From Narcine bancroftii (lineage: Eukaryota): a DNA stretch of 64,000 nucleotides. The notes beneath the pieces were generated by a model. That model searched no databases. It had not been told where the DNA came from and saw only the letters and a program-made list of their open reading frames with translations. Positions 1 to 12,770 of the stretch are shown piece after piece. Numbering within the stretch: the first letter of the stretch is position 1; each line of letters opens with the position of its first letter. Both the position numbers and the translations under genes were made by a program. Location of the stretch: contig NC_091469.1 of NCBI RefSeq assembly GCF_036971445.1, forward strand, positions 342,302,001 through 342,366,000. Direction: 5' to 3'.

Positions 1-54
1 TGAATGGCAAATATGGTAAACTTCACCCCAAATTCCAGTTGATAGTCTGATCTA

Positions 55-200
55 CACAGTTAGTGTAGCGGTTAGCACAATGCTGTTGCAACGCCAGTGA
101 CCGGGATTCGAGTCCCGAGCTGTCTATAAGGAGTTTGTATGTTCTCCCTGTGTCTGCGTGGGTTTCCTCCAAGTGCTCCGGTTTCCTCCCGGTGTTCAAA
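55..200 (+). mobile_element. tRNA-derived SINE (V-SINE/HE1-like), 3'-truncated
   Basis: A-box-like TAGTGTAGCGG, B-box-like GGGATTCGAGTCC, then the body TAAGGAGTTTGTATGTTCTCCC...GGGTTTCC...CCGGTTTCCTCCC shared with many copies in the window. Confidence 0.85.
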
Positions 201-980
201 ATTTTAAATTTATAATGTAAAATTTACTGCAAGTCAAACAATGGGTGCAAGTCGATCTGCTTTACATGATTCTGTCAATGTGAAGCTCACTAAGATTAGT
301 TTTGTCCATTTGTTTCATCTTCCTGAGAAACTGAAACATCACAACAATCACTCCAGCACTATCTAGCGTGTCATTGAGCTTTTCTCTGCAGTCGGAAAAT
401 CCAGCAGGACACCAGAGGAAAAGGTAAATGCAAACTACGTTTAACATTGAAGAGCAAAATTTATAAAACAAATTGTACTAACTGGTAGGTTCTCAAGAAT
501 AGCAAAACAAATTAAGTTTCTTTTGTTATTTCTGATTGTGATTTAATATTTAAAACTTTGTGAAATAGAACTGAAAGGATTGTTTGGAGTAAAAATCATT
601 CTTGCGATCTTTCAGTTTTCTGGGAGCTGAATGCTCATTACGCTTAAGTTACAGAAAACAAGGCAAATCATTGTGGGAGTATTAATCAGAGAATGGGCTG
701 GATTTATTCTAGAGCAAGACTATATTGGTATATCTTTTGGATGCCAATTGTCTCGTTGTAAATTTGGGTTTTAGTGTCTCTATTATTGGTGCTTGGCAAC
801 ACTGATATTGCTGGAAATCAGATTTTGGAGCTTGAGGCAGGATATAATACACTTTTGAAGGCGCGATTGGTGAAGTAAAACAAAAATAGCCCATTCAGCT
901 TCTCCTGCACCATTGCTGATTCCTTTTTACCTAATGCCATTTTTTCCTCTTTCACCATATATTCCTTTATTTCCTTCTGA

Positions 981-1606
981 TAATAAACCCCTTGATATCC
1001 AACACCTACAGGGATTGGTTGATTCTGGATACACAAATATTCGGGTTGCTTGAGTTTCACTCTTCCAATGCCTAACCAATACACCTATACAGTTTAAAAG
1101 ACAAATATACTATACTTGCACTGAAGAAACTTCACTTGTTCACTTGCATTTTCAGTCACATTTTTTGAAAATATTTAACCATTGCTGCATCTCCACGGAG
1201 CCTATCAAAAGACGAACAATAACATTATAGATAATTAAACCTCCTCGCCCAAGATTACAGATTAAACCTTACTAACATACTTAATAATATACAGTATTAA
1301 TAAAGCAGGCAGGCAACAGCAAACAGGCGATGCCATTTTATTCAAAAACATCTTTATTCAAATACCTGTGATGAGCAAAGCAAGACCAAGGCATTCCACT
1401 GGCTGAATATTTGCTCCCATCTTCACCAAAGGTTTATGTGTTATTGCAGAGAACATTTGGTATTACAATTTTAAACTTTTATTTAAATTTTTAGTTATTC
1501 TTATTTATTTTAATGATTTTAAAAAAATATATATTTTCTTTGATTTTTTTTGCCAGTTGCTTGAGGTTGCCGGTTGCTTGAATTCCGGATAACAGTGATT
1601 TTGCGG
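981..1606. mobile_element. Tigger/pogo-like non-autonomous DNA transposon (MITE)
   Basis: Degenerate terminal inverted repeats (TAATAAACCCCTTGATATCC... / ...AATTCCGGATAACAGTGATTTTGCGG followed by TA); GGTTGCTTGA motif near both ends. Confidence 0.6.
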
Positions 1607-4600
1607 TATCGAGTACAATCTATTGATCTCTTTTTAAAAGTATTCATCTTCTGAATTTCAACACGAATGTTGGGCAAAGACTCAATAAAATTCAATCACC
1701 TCTGGATGAAGAAATTCCTATTTATCTCTGTCAGAATGGTCAGCCCCTTTTTCTGAGGTCATGACCCCTGTTTCCAGACCTCTTGGTCATTTCTTTTCTC
1801 ATCAATCCCCATTCAGAATTTTGCAGGGCTGTGTTCATTTATGTGCCTGCATAAGACAAAGGGCTCCAATTGACTGGAAAGAAATGCTTGGGATGTGATT
1901 GGGTGGATAAACAGATGCAGCTTTAAGGGATGGGGCCAGAAGAATATTCACAATATTTTTCAAAAGAAAGAGAATAAATTCTTTGAGGACAAATGAGGTC
2001 AAGATGAAGAAAGTATCTGTGAAGGTCTGTATCAGAATTACACCTCAAACAAACTGTAACAGGATTGGATAAGATTCTGAATGACCAGATTTCTAGGAAA
2101 TACAAAAAGCAACAATAATTCATTCCTCTTTTCAAAGGCAAAAGCTGGCAGGGAGTGAGATATAGAAAATCATGCAACAATTTTGAGCTTACTTGAACAT
2201 TTTCAGCAATACTGAAAATAATTGTAGCTCCATTGTAGCTCAGTGCCTGGATTTATAACAGCCTTTACCAGCTTGATAAAGACTGTTATAAATGGCAGTG
2301 TCACAAGAAGTAGATTTGCTCAAATAATACTGTGATGTAATGAATGATAGAATTAGCATAATAATGACATCCTTATAAGTAATTTAAATAATTTCACTTT
2401 GAATGTGAGCTGAGCAGTTTTGTGCTATTTTGTTGTCTTCTTTTCATACTTTTTATTAAACATCAACTTTGTAAAATAACATTCTAAAGTTACAGAGCCA
2501 CATTGCTTTTCTGAGATGACATCTTGTTACAAAAGTTAACAACTTTATCTGCTATTAAGGATTAATTGAAACTCACAAAAGAAAAAAAAAAGAATAATGA
2601 ATGTTGCCAATATGCAGTTTGGTTTATTGATCTCTGCACTCTCTCCCTGCCAAGTTTCTGCTTGTATTGTTTAGTATTTCTGAACTGATCCATTTTCTTA
2701 AAAGTCTTGCCTCTTTGTTCTTTCCCATTTGGATCAGTTATAAATCCCATTTATTCACTTAAAAATGATATAAACATTGTATGGATGGGTATGATTACAG
2801 AAAGTCTTATCCCAAGACATCAGGAGAAGTATTTACAAAGAAGAACCAATGAAGATTCAACTGATTTCAACCAGTATTCATACAGAGCAGTTTGTTTATT
2901 CTTGTTTTCATAAATAATAAGTGAGATGTATGTAAAAAAGCCAATCAATCTATACAAATTCAGGCTATTTCATAAACCGGCATCTTGAAAAAAAACAATC
3001 TTAAACAGTCTAGGCAGAAAATGCATTTATCTCCATTATAGCTGAATGTCTGGATTCAGGGTTTGCCGTGCTAATATAAGTCATGTCCCACAGTTCAGTG
3101 AGTTCAAAGTTTAATGAATTGCAACAATCACAAATGGCAACAGTTAACATTTGGGTCATTTTTGTTCATAAAAATAGGATTTGTTTAAAATTATATGAAA
3201 ATAGTGGTGACTTTCTACTAAACTGAGGTAAACATTTTAAGTTGGAGCTGGATTGAAATACTGGAGACCTCTACCCAGTCCACCTTTACTCTGTGGACTT
3301 CCCAGATTCCCATGAGAAGGCAGCGATGAGTCACCGTCCCAAGAATTTTAAAAGGTGGCTCATCACTTCCTTTTCATGTTGGAAGTGGGAATGACCACCA
3401 GAATGCTGGCCTTGTGCTGGCCTATGTATGAAAATGTCAGATCTAAAAATATTTTATACCAGTCATGTAGAACACCAGCTATCTGTCCCATAATCCCAAC
3501 TCATGAGGCATGTTAACAACATTGCAGATGAGGCAACCCAGTAATTTATTAAAATTAATATGAATGTGAATTAGATAAGATTAATGCCAATATTATTCAA
3601 TGCCTGGAGTCTGGTATGCTAATATTTTGCTTAATCTGCAATGGTTAATCTGTGTTACAATAGTATTCAAGATATTTCATTTGTTACAAGACACTTTGGG
3701 GTATTCTATGAAAGATGATAATGAATGTATATCTACTTTCCCTTTTAATAATTTAAATCTTTTCAAATTCAAACAACGTGCTGGGAATGCAAACAGGTCA
3801 GGCAGTATTTCTGAGTAGCAAAACATTTCAAGATGTTTGAGATGAGCAGCTTTAGAACAAGCGCTGGGCTATTAGACATGCCCAGAATGTAGTAATCACA
3901 CTGCAGGCAAGCAAATTGCAAGGCTACAAATCATACAAACTATTGAGAGAAGCGTGATTATCTCATTCCCTGCATCCAGAGTATGTTGTGGCTTGTCTAA
4001 TCTAGCAAAATATCAGAACCTGACAAAACTTGTTGGTGTTTGCTGTAAAATGGAACTTGTGAGTAAAACAACTGTTCAACATTTCATTTGAATTATGCCT
4101 GGTATATTTAGTAAACCAGTAACAGTTTCAGGCAGAATAAGATCTTTGCTCATGTAATCACAATAGCTCCTTCAATCTGTCAAGCCCAGCCTTCCAAAAT
4201 AGTTCTTAGTGCATTATTTCTTGTGAATCAAATTTCTTGATGACCTGCCAGTTCTTTCTCAACATCTAGAATGGAGAACACTACAACACAGTAGAGGCCC
4301 TTCCGCTCTTGATGTTGCGCCGACCTAGATATTCCAATAAAAAAAAACGAAGCCCTTCCTACCTTGTAACCCTCTAAGTTTCCTATTATATTTTTGTGTC
4401 AGCTGTCTGTTCCCTAGTATGGTTCTTAGTGGCCTATCATGGTGCTTGCCTTGTCACAGCTTAATTCTTCCTGTTAGTGTAATTAAACCACTAATAACAG
4501 AAAGAAATGAAGCTCCATTCTGCCAATAATTCTCAGAGACTGCGCTTGTTTTTAAGAACATTAAATCAACACTTAAGTGCAATTGATCCAGACATTTTGT

Positions 4601-4704
4601 TCACATTATCTAAATTCAACTTGAATTAAGCTAGTTGGGTGTGAGAGGAATTATCATGTTAAAGTGTTTGTGCAACTTATCTGCATCCAGCTAATGACTT
4701 AAGG

Positions 4705-5255
4705 AGGTAAACAAGAAATCTCCAGATACTGGGGTCTGGTGTGTTACACAAGAGTGCTGGAGAAACTCAGAAGGTCACCTGGCATCCATGGCAAGCAGAA
4801 GGCAGTCAAATTCAGTGTTGGGCCATTCTTTAATTATTCAGGTAGATATGTGAATAAGAAGGTGGTGGTGGGGAGAGGGGGAAAGGAAGGAGAAGGGGAG
4901 GACTATGGGCTAGCAGACGATGGATGGATACAGGTGGAAGGGGGAAGAAGAGAAAGAAGCTGAAGCATAATTGGGTGAAGGAGATTAGGGCAGAGAGAGA
5001 GAGAGCTCTCTGATTGAAGTGCTGGAGACTGGGAGACAGAGGGATGAGGGAAAGTGAATGACTAGGGGAAGAGCTAGGTGGATATTAGAGGTCAATATTG
5101 ATGTTCTCTGGATGGCAAGATAAAAAACAAAGTGTTGTTCCTCCAATTTGAAGGTGGGAGTACATGAGGCCATGACAGACATGTCAGTGGGACAATGGGG
5201 TGTGGAATTGAAGTGGTTGGCCATGGGAAAGTCCTTGCAACAGATGGAGCAAAGA
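4705..5255 (-). mobile_element. Penelope-like element, 3' fragment with pseudo-LTR
   Basis: Minus-strand translation ANHFNSTPHCPTDMSV...KLEEQHFVFYL resembles a PLE GIY-YIG C-terminus; followed by a pyrimidine-rich tract and a pLTR like 22630-23135. Confidence 0.75.
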
Positions 5256-6214
5256 ACAGCAAATGATCACACATCTATATGATCCAGTGGAGACTTTAAG
5301 ACTTAAATTCAGCATTTTGTTTATTTCCAGCTTTCCCTGGTTTATTTCCGTTATGTTGACACAGCCAATTTTTAAGTGAGGTGGTAAGCTTCTTGCATCA
5401 CATCTGAGGCTGGTACATTTCGGGAAGCCTCAGCAGATTCTAGCTGTAAGAAAACCAATGATCTATACTGGAATCTTTCCGATAATGAGACTGAAACCAA
5501 GAAGTTTGAATAATTCAGCACTTTCCCTTGTCAACTATTGCGGATCAGTCGTGCGATTCTGGGAGGATTTGCTCTTATACTTTTCCCAGCAATAAGATAC
5601 ATCAAGATGTCAACATTTCTTCACAGGAACATTTATCCTCTTCATCTACATCAATGAGCAATTCGGACCAATGAAACACCTGCAGCTGATTATGAAACTA
5701 AAACCAACCGTTAATTCAAAAATATTGCTGCCAAATTGGATATGATCAGAGGAAAGCCAAATGTGCAAGCTAGAGAAATGGCAGGAGGTACAGTTTCAGT
5801 ATATAATAAGGATTCTCTATGTCTAGATTTGCATCTACAGAATCCTTGTTACATTCTGCTTTGGTCAATTAAAGACATTGTACTTCATTCACCTTGAGCC
5901 TTGGGCAGAATCACTTTGAAGAATTGATCTGAATAGTTTGGATTTAACGAGTCCCAGCAACCATCTACTGTAACTCAGAACAGGGTTTTGTAACCGGGAT
6001 GTACATCCTCTCTCTGCCACAATTCAAGGTACGCAGATACTCAAGGAGAGCTATGAAATGAGATGTATGACATTCCTCTGCTGTTTCCATAAATATGGTA
6101 TTATGGTTTCAGAGTCTATTTAGGAGAACAGTGATGCAAATATATCCCTTAAAGGACAATAGGGGTCCGTTCAACTCAACAGTCTTTTCCAGCAATTATA
6201 TTAAGCCATTTAAA

Positions 6215-6445
6215 AAAAAATAGACATACAGCATGGAAACTGGCCCTTCTGGCCCACAAGCCTGTGCCACTCAATTGCACCCATCTGACCAATTAACCTA
6301 TTAACCCATTAAGTCTTTGGAACATGGGAGGCAACCCACACAGATGGAAAGAACACACAAACTCCTTACAAATAGCTCTGGATTCAAACCCATTTCATTG
6401 GTGCTGGAAATAATGTTGCTCCAACTGCTTTGCTAACTGTGCTGC
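6215..6445 (-). mobile_element. tRNA-derived SINE
   Basis: Reverse-complement SINE body (TAGACATACAGCATGG...ACAAACTCCTTACA...GGATTCAAACCC...GCTAACTGTGCTGC). Confidence 0.8.
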
Positions 6446-6795
6446 TTGTCTCTAACAATTTTCTCTCTGTTGCCCATTAATTCCCTTCAATTTTCTTTGC
6501 CATTGACCTACAAAAAATTAGCAAATCAATACATCAGCATATCTTTGAGATTACAGTATAGAAAACCATGAGTTAACCGACACAATTTCAGGATTGCATA
6601 CAAAGTCTACATAGACATCTCAGGATTTGGCTGGTCACTGAGTGCTACACCATGGTGAGTGCCCTGGCTTCATTGCTATGCCCAAAATGCATGAACTCAT
6701 ACTGAACTGGATTAAACTGCATCTGCCACTTCACTATCATTTTCACCCTGTGGCTCAGCCTCTGCACTATTAACAACTCTACCAATTTTCAAGTC

Positions 6796-7460
6796 ATAGA
6801 ACCATGGAACATGACAGCACATAAAACTAGCCCCCTTGGCCCTACTAGTCTGCCAAGTCCAATTGACCTGCACCCAGTCTATAGCCTTCTATACCCCTCC
6901 CACATCCATTTAGTTGTCAAATTTTTCTTAAATGATAAAATTGAGCCTGCATTCACCACCTCAGCTGGCAGCTCGTTCCACACACCCGCTACTCTCTGCG
7001 CAAAGAAATCCCTCCTGCTGTTTCCCTTAAACTTTCCCCATGTCCTCTGGTTTTTATTTCACCTACTCTCAGTGGAAAAAAGCCTACTTGCATTTATTGT
7101 CTATACCTATCTCAATTTTATACACCTAATTTTTCTACACTCCAGGAAATAAAGTCCTAACCTGTTTAAGCTTTCCCTGTCACGCAGTTCCTGAAATTTG
7201 GACAACATCCTGATATATCTTCTCTGCCCTCTTTCAGTCTTATTGATATCTTTCCTGTAGTGAGGTGGCCAAAAACTGCACACAATGCTCCAAATTTAGC
7301 CTCACCAATGTCTTAGCATCCCAATTCCTATAGTCAATACTTTAATTCATGAAGGCCAATATGCAAACTTACTAGTCATTGCCTCCTGGATCCTCATCCA
7401 AATCTACATATATAGTAAACTGTAGGGGTGCCAGCACCTGTGGAACATCACTAGTCACAA
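6796..7460 (-). mobile_element. CR1 LINE, 3' fragment
   Basis: Homologous to the CR1 at 60218-61675 (AACTGCACACAATGCTCCAAA...CTCACCAATG); CR1-type short-repeat tail at the left end. Confidence 0.8.
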
Positions 7461-8498
7461 TCACAACCATTTGATCTGGTCTCACAGGAACTTATTTAGA
7501 GATGTTAGGTTATGTTATTGCTCTGATAGAGTGTAATATTGTGAGCTGAGGCCTAAATGGATATCCAAAAACAAGCAATTAACCAATAAACACAGAAGGT
7601 GAACAATTAACAAATATTCAGCTCCTTTATGTTAATGTTGCTGAACAGCAAGAAGGATAGTTTCTTTTATGCACTCATTCTAGGTGGAGCTCAGGTCCAG
7701 CATTCTTACTTCTAAGCAAGGAGAGTTAAGTCACACTTAGCATAACCAAGGTTGATGATTCAGTGCTGCACTGTTCGAGGGCAATGATGATGGGTGCAGC
7801 CATGGAAGAAGACTGGAAATCTGCAGTGTTGTATTTTGGGATGAAAAAGTTGCACTTGAATCCTGCAAAAAGGTCTGATGGCCACTGTCTCAAAGAAGGA
7901 ATGTGGGTCCGATCTAAATGAATAGCAGAAATTAGCTGGATTTCTAAGGCAATGGAAGACTTCACCACATTTGACCTTCTGAAAGCTTGGTGTTTCAATG
8001 TATCTAAATGCAGACTCAGAAAAATCCTATCACGTGCAAGAAGCAAGATTAAAGTTCAGAATACAAATGAAGTTTGAGGAAAGTTATTGATTTCTTTTGT
8101 AGGCTCTGTGAAAACTTTGAAAAACATTGTATCTACAATGATATCTGCATTGGTATCTCGAATAAAATGATCACTGAAAACCTGATTCACAAACAGCAGC
8201 CTGGGGAATCAATAAAATCTTTTATTGTCTATGTTTTGCAAAAAGTTTTTAAATGTCACAAATTCCACGAACAGGACTAATCATTTTCAGTTCGATCTTA
8301 CAATGCTGCACTTAATCTGTTTTACAAGATCCATACTTAAAGCCTTCCTGTTAATTGTCCTCCTTTGATCCCAGGCAGCCTGTTTTGGGCAAAGATGCAT
8401 GAAAGGAAAATACTCCTGTGGAAGATAGGTTCAGAATATAATAACACACTTAAAGGGTAATAATAGAGGCCAGTTGTGATCAGTTTCACTTTCATAGT

Positions 8499-8719
8499 TG
8501 GTGCACCATCATTGAGTCAAAAGACTGAAGATGAGCAAAACTGATAGGCTTTTATTTGCAATAGAATGAAGACACATCCCTGCTGGGCGACTGTCCTGAA
8601 TTGAGGAGAGGGCTGAGGGGCAGTCACCTTTATTCAGGAGCCTGTGGGAGGGCCACAGGTACAGTCGGCCAATGGGTATGCCGAGACAGATAAATATGTA
8701 TATACAGTGGTTTACCACA
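8499..8719 (-). repeat. 3' LTR of the Gypsy element (221 bp)
   Basis: TG...CA ends; aligns to 12579-12770 and 26850-27067; minus-strand AATAAAAGCC poly(A)-signal-like motif. Confidence 0.92.
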
Positions 8720-8789
8720 TTCACCCCTTGCTTTTAAAAAGAGTCCAGCAGGGTGAAGTGTTGATGATACCATTACAAATTAAGTCTTT

Positions 8790-11700
8790 TAGGTGGTTTG
8801 GTTTTCTGCTGTGACCATTATAACACTGGATGTGACTGCAGTGCCATGATGGGGTCCTGGACATTGTGAGGTGCCAGTATACAGTTATTGACTTTGAGCT
8901 GGTGGGTGCATGGCAATGAATCTGGTGTGTCTTTTGTTGGGGGTGAGGTCATGTACTATGGCCCTGGTGCATCAAGAATGGCAAGGGGTGGGAGGTGTGT
9001 GGAGTGATCAGTGGTGGTCTCTGGAGCCCTTGAAGGCGCTAGGTCCCTAATGGAGACATAGGGTATGCCATTGTGGGTTGGCGTGGAGGAGGTGGGCCAT
9101 TTCAACCAGTAGGTCGGACTTGTGACTCCTCACAAGTTTCCAGAGTAGGACCTGCCCTGAAGATGTCAGCCATGCCGGCAGCGGGGTATTTGTGGCCGAT
9201 TTCCTGGGAAAGGAAAACATATGTTCAGGCGGCGTGCCTTTGGTGGCCAAATATGATGGAGTGGAGTGCCTCAGGAAGGACCTCTTGCCAGCAGGAGAGT
9301 AGGAGGCCCCTAGACTGTAGGGCTAGGAGGATAGCCTTCCAAACCGTAGCATTTCCCCTTTCTACCTTCCCGTTCCCCCAGGGGTTGTACCTGGTGGTTC
9401 TGCTTTTGATGATCCCTCTGGTCAGCAGGTACTGGCACAGCTCATCACTCAAAACTGAGGATCCCCAGTCTCCATGAACACAGCTGTGAAATCCAAACAG
9501 AGTGAAGAGATTGCAAAGGGCCTTAATGATTGTGGCAACTGTCATGTCAGGGCACGAGATGGCGAACAGAAAACGTGATTACTCATCAATGACATTGAGG
9601 AAGTACACATTGTGGTCCAAGGAGGGGAGGGGTCCTTTGAAGTTAGCACTGGGGCAGGTGGCCTTTATCAGTTGTGCTCTGTCTAGCCAGTAGACATGTA
9701 GTTTGCACTCTGCACAGACCTGGCAGTTTTTGGCCTTCGATGGAGTAAGGCAGGTTACAGCTTTGACAAAGAGGAAGAACCTGGTGACGCCAGGGTGGCA
9801 GAGATCATTGTGAAGGGCTTGTAAGCAGTCGATTTATACGCTGGCACTGGTTCCACGGGATAGGGTATCTGGGGGCTCATTGGGCTGGTACAAGATATCG
9901 TAATTGTAGGTGGAAAGTTCAATGCTCCATCTCAATGTCTTGTCATTCTTGATTTTACCTCAGTGCTGGTTATTGAATATGAATGTAATTGCACATTGGG
10001 CGGTTAGCAAAGTCAATTGTTTTCTGACCAGGTGCCTCCAGTGCTGCACCACCTTGGCAATAGCTTGGGCCTCCTTCTTGACAGGTGAGTGTTGAATTTC
10101 GAGGCCTTGGTGGGTCCGGGAAAAGTAAGTGACGGGTCTGCCCACCTGGTTAAATGTGGCAGCCAGAGTCTGACGTATTGCTCTCCACCTGGAACAGGAT
10201 GGATTCATCCATGGCATTGTGGCTTTAGTGATGTCTGTCTTGATGTGGCTGAAAGCTGCCTGGGTCTCTGGTGTTAGGGTAAAAGAGGTGGATTTAATGA
10301 AGGAGCAGGCCTTGCCTGCATAGTTGGGGACCCACTGGGCATGGTAAGAAAAGAAGTCCAGGCACATTTTCAGGGCCTTGAGGCTGTGGGAAAGAGGGAG
10401 TTCCAGGAGTGGGCGCATGAGGTCAGGGTCAGGACCAATGACTCTGTTCTTCATGACACAGCCAAGGATGGCAAGGCAAGTTGTGCAAAATATGTACTTA
10501 CCCTTATTGTACGTGAGGTGAATGAACTTGGCAGTGTGGAGAATTTTTGAAGATTGGCAGGTTGTGACCACAGTTGGGGACATTGCCGAGTTATGGAAAT
10601 GTGGTCTGCAGCTCCTACTGATCTACCATGCGGTCCATTTCCCATTGGAAGACCGAGACCCCATTGGTGACACCAAAGGGGACTCTCAGGAAATGATAGA
10701 GGTGGCTGTCTGCCTCGAACCCAGTATATTGGCGATGCTCTGGGTGGATGGGGAGCAGTTGGTTTGACAATTTCAGGTTGATGGTAAAGAAGACCCAATT
10801 TTATGTGATTTGCTTCACCATATTGGATATATGGGGAACGGGGTATGCCTCTAGTTGTGTGTACCTAGCAATGGTCTGACTGTAGTCAATGATCATCCTG
10901 CTTTTCTCCCCATTTCTCACCACCACCTCATGCTCTCCAAGGACTGGTGCTGGCCTCAATGATCCCCTTATTGAGGAGTCGCTGCATTTCCACCCTAATG
11001 AAGGCCCTGTCCCCAGCACTGTACTGTCTACTATTGGTGGTGATGGGTTTACAGTCAGGGTTGAAGATGGTGAACAGCAATGGAGGGGTGATCTTGAGGG
11101 TGAAGAGTCCTCAGGTCATGCGCGATGGGCGATCAGATTGTTTGGTGTGTGCGGTGGGGGAGGTGGCTGAATGGATGATGGAGCACTGTGGGTGGCAGTG
11201 CAAAGCTGTGGCAATCCCAGAAGTTTAAATTTTTTTATAGTCTGTGTCCCAAATGGTTAGAGTCACTGCACAGTAGCTGTGGACATCTGGTGTATCTGAC
11301 CTTGAGGCCAAGGAGAGCTTTTAGCTCACTGGCCACGAGGGAGTAGCGCTGCACCGTGTCGGGGTGGATGAAGCTCTTTGTGCTCCCACTGATGAACAGG
11401 CAACTCATCACATGGCCATTTACCTGAATGTCCTTCATCAATCTGGACAGTTGATAGGGGCAGCCCTGGTCAAGTGTGATGGAAGCCAGTGTCGGATCGC
11501 TGCTTGTTCCTGCATCCAAGAGTTTGAGTATTGAGTCGGGAGATAGGAGCATCCAACATAGCATGTGGCACTGCTGGATTTCAAAGATGGCACCCAAGAT
11601 GGTGGCCCCATGACTCACATGTGATGCTGCTGGTCTTGAAGATGGAGCCAAATATGATGGCCCCACAACTTGCTCGTAGTGCCACGAGTTCCCGGAGATG

Positions 11701-12554
11701 GTGGCGTTCAAGTTGGTGGACCCCATGACCTGTATGCAGCGTTGCTAGATAGAGAGGGTTAATTTTGATCTGCACACCTTAGCATAGTGCCCTTTCTTCC
11801 AACAGCTGGAGCAGACCATGTTTCTTGCTGGGCAGGATTTCCTCCGGTGCTTCCCCAGACTGCAGAAGTAGCACTTTGGGTGCTAACATAGTACAGCAGC
11901 TGTGGTTGGGTAGCTGATGGGACATGGCTGTAGCACTCGCAGCGTATGGCTGCTGTGGTCAGATCACTGGCAGAACGTGACATTGGTAGTGTGTCCCAAG
12001 TTGGCGGCACCTGGGGCAACCATGATGCAGCCATATTGTCAGTTGAGTAAGCCTCCATGCTCTGAAGGGTCACCTCTAGTGTGCCAATTCAACATCCCTC
12101 CACAGACTGAGCTCATCTTGCTCTAGTAGTCTCTGGTGGATGTAATTGGACCTGATGCCTGTGACATAGGCATCCCTAATCAGGTCCTCTGTGTACTCTA
12201 TGGCCATCATGACCTTGCATTCACAGGCCCATCCGAGGGTTCACAGGGCTCGGAGGTACTCAGTGTTTGACTTCCTGGGTTGTTGCATTTATATCACTAG
12301 GAAGTGTCTGGCGTAGACCTCTTTGATCTTTCTCAGATACTGGCCTTTCAATATGTCCATTGTGTCCAGATACGATGCGACATCCCTGATCATCAAGTAC
12401 ACCAGGGGCCCGACTTGTCGTTCTCCGTCCAAGCGATGGCTGATGATGCCTGCAGAGCCGCTTCAAAGCAGCACAGCCAGAGTTCGAAGTTGGTCGACAC
12501 CTTGGGTGATCGAGGGTCGATTTCCAGTTTCTCTGGCTTCAGGATCTGCTCCAT
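8790..12554 (-). pseudogene. Gypsy gag-pol pseudogene (many stops and frameshifts)
   Basis: gag start MEQILKPEKLEIDPRSP at 12554; double zinc knuckle CYFCSLGKHRRKSC-PARNMV-CSSCWKKGHYAKVC (~11770-11875); protease IQVNGHVMSCLFISGSTKSFIH; RT RMIIDYSQTIARYTQLEAYPVP; RNase H GRPVTYFSR...KEAQAI; integrase HGDWGSSVLS...TTRYNPWGNGKVERGN. Confidence 0.9.
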
Positions 12555-12578
12555 CGTCAAGACAATTGCAAATAAAAT

Positions 12579-12770
12579 TGATGCACATCAATGACTGAGA
12601 AGAGTGAAGTTGAGGAAAACTGATAGGCTTTTATTCCGAATAGAATGAAAGCACATCCCTGCTGGTCGACTGTCCTGAACTGAGGTGGGATCTGAGGGAG
12701 AAGCCACAGGTACAGTCGATCAATGGGTGTGCCTAGATAGATAAATATATAGAGACAGTGGTTTATCACA
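12579..12770 (-). repeat. 5' LTR of the Gypsy element (192 bp, internal deletion relative to the 3' LTR)
   Basis: TGATGCAC...GTTTATCACA; direct repeat of 8499-8719. Confidence 0.92.

Larger units (their letters stand above)
8499..12770 (-). mobile_element. Ty3/Gypsy LTR retrotransposon (Mag-like), near full length, inactivated
   Basis: Direct TG...CA LTRs at 8499-8719 and 12579-12770; PPT (minus GCAAGGGGTGAA) abuts the 3' LTR; 5-bp TSD ATAGT/TTAGT with 1 mismatch; gag-PR-RT-RH-INT relics in Gypsy order. Confidence 0.93.

Noticed and set aside
262-1084. Short minus-strand ORFs 262-471, 709-894 and 818-1084 as host exons
   Set aside because: No recognisable domain or convincing splice sites; 818-1084 runs into a Tigger-like MITE
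5330-5680. CpG-retaining unique stretch with 40-70 codon open frames
   Set aside because: The frames are bounded by stops, no consistent acceptor/donor pair, and the peptides are unrecognised
7680-8280. ORFs 7726-8046 (-) and 8074-8280 (+) as a gene
   Set aside because: No recognisable homology, in-frame stop on the plus reading, no clear exon boundaries
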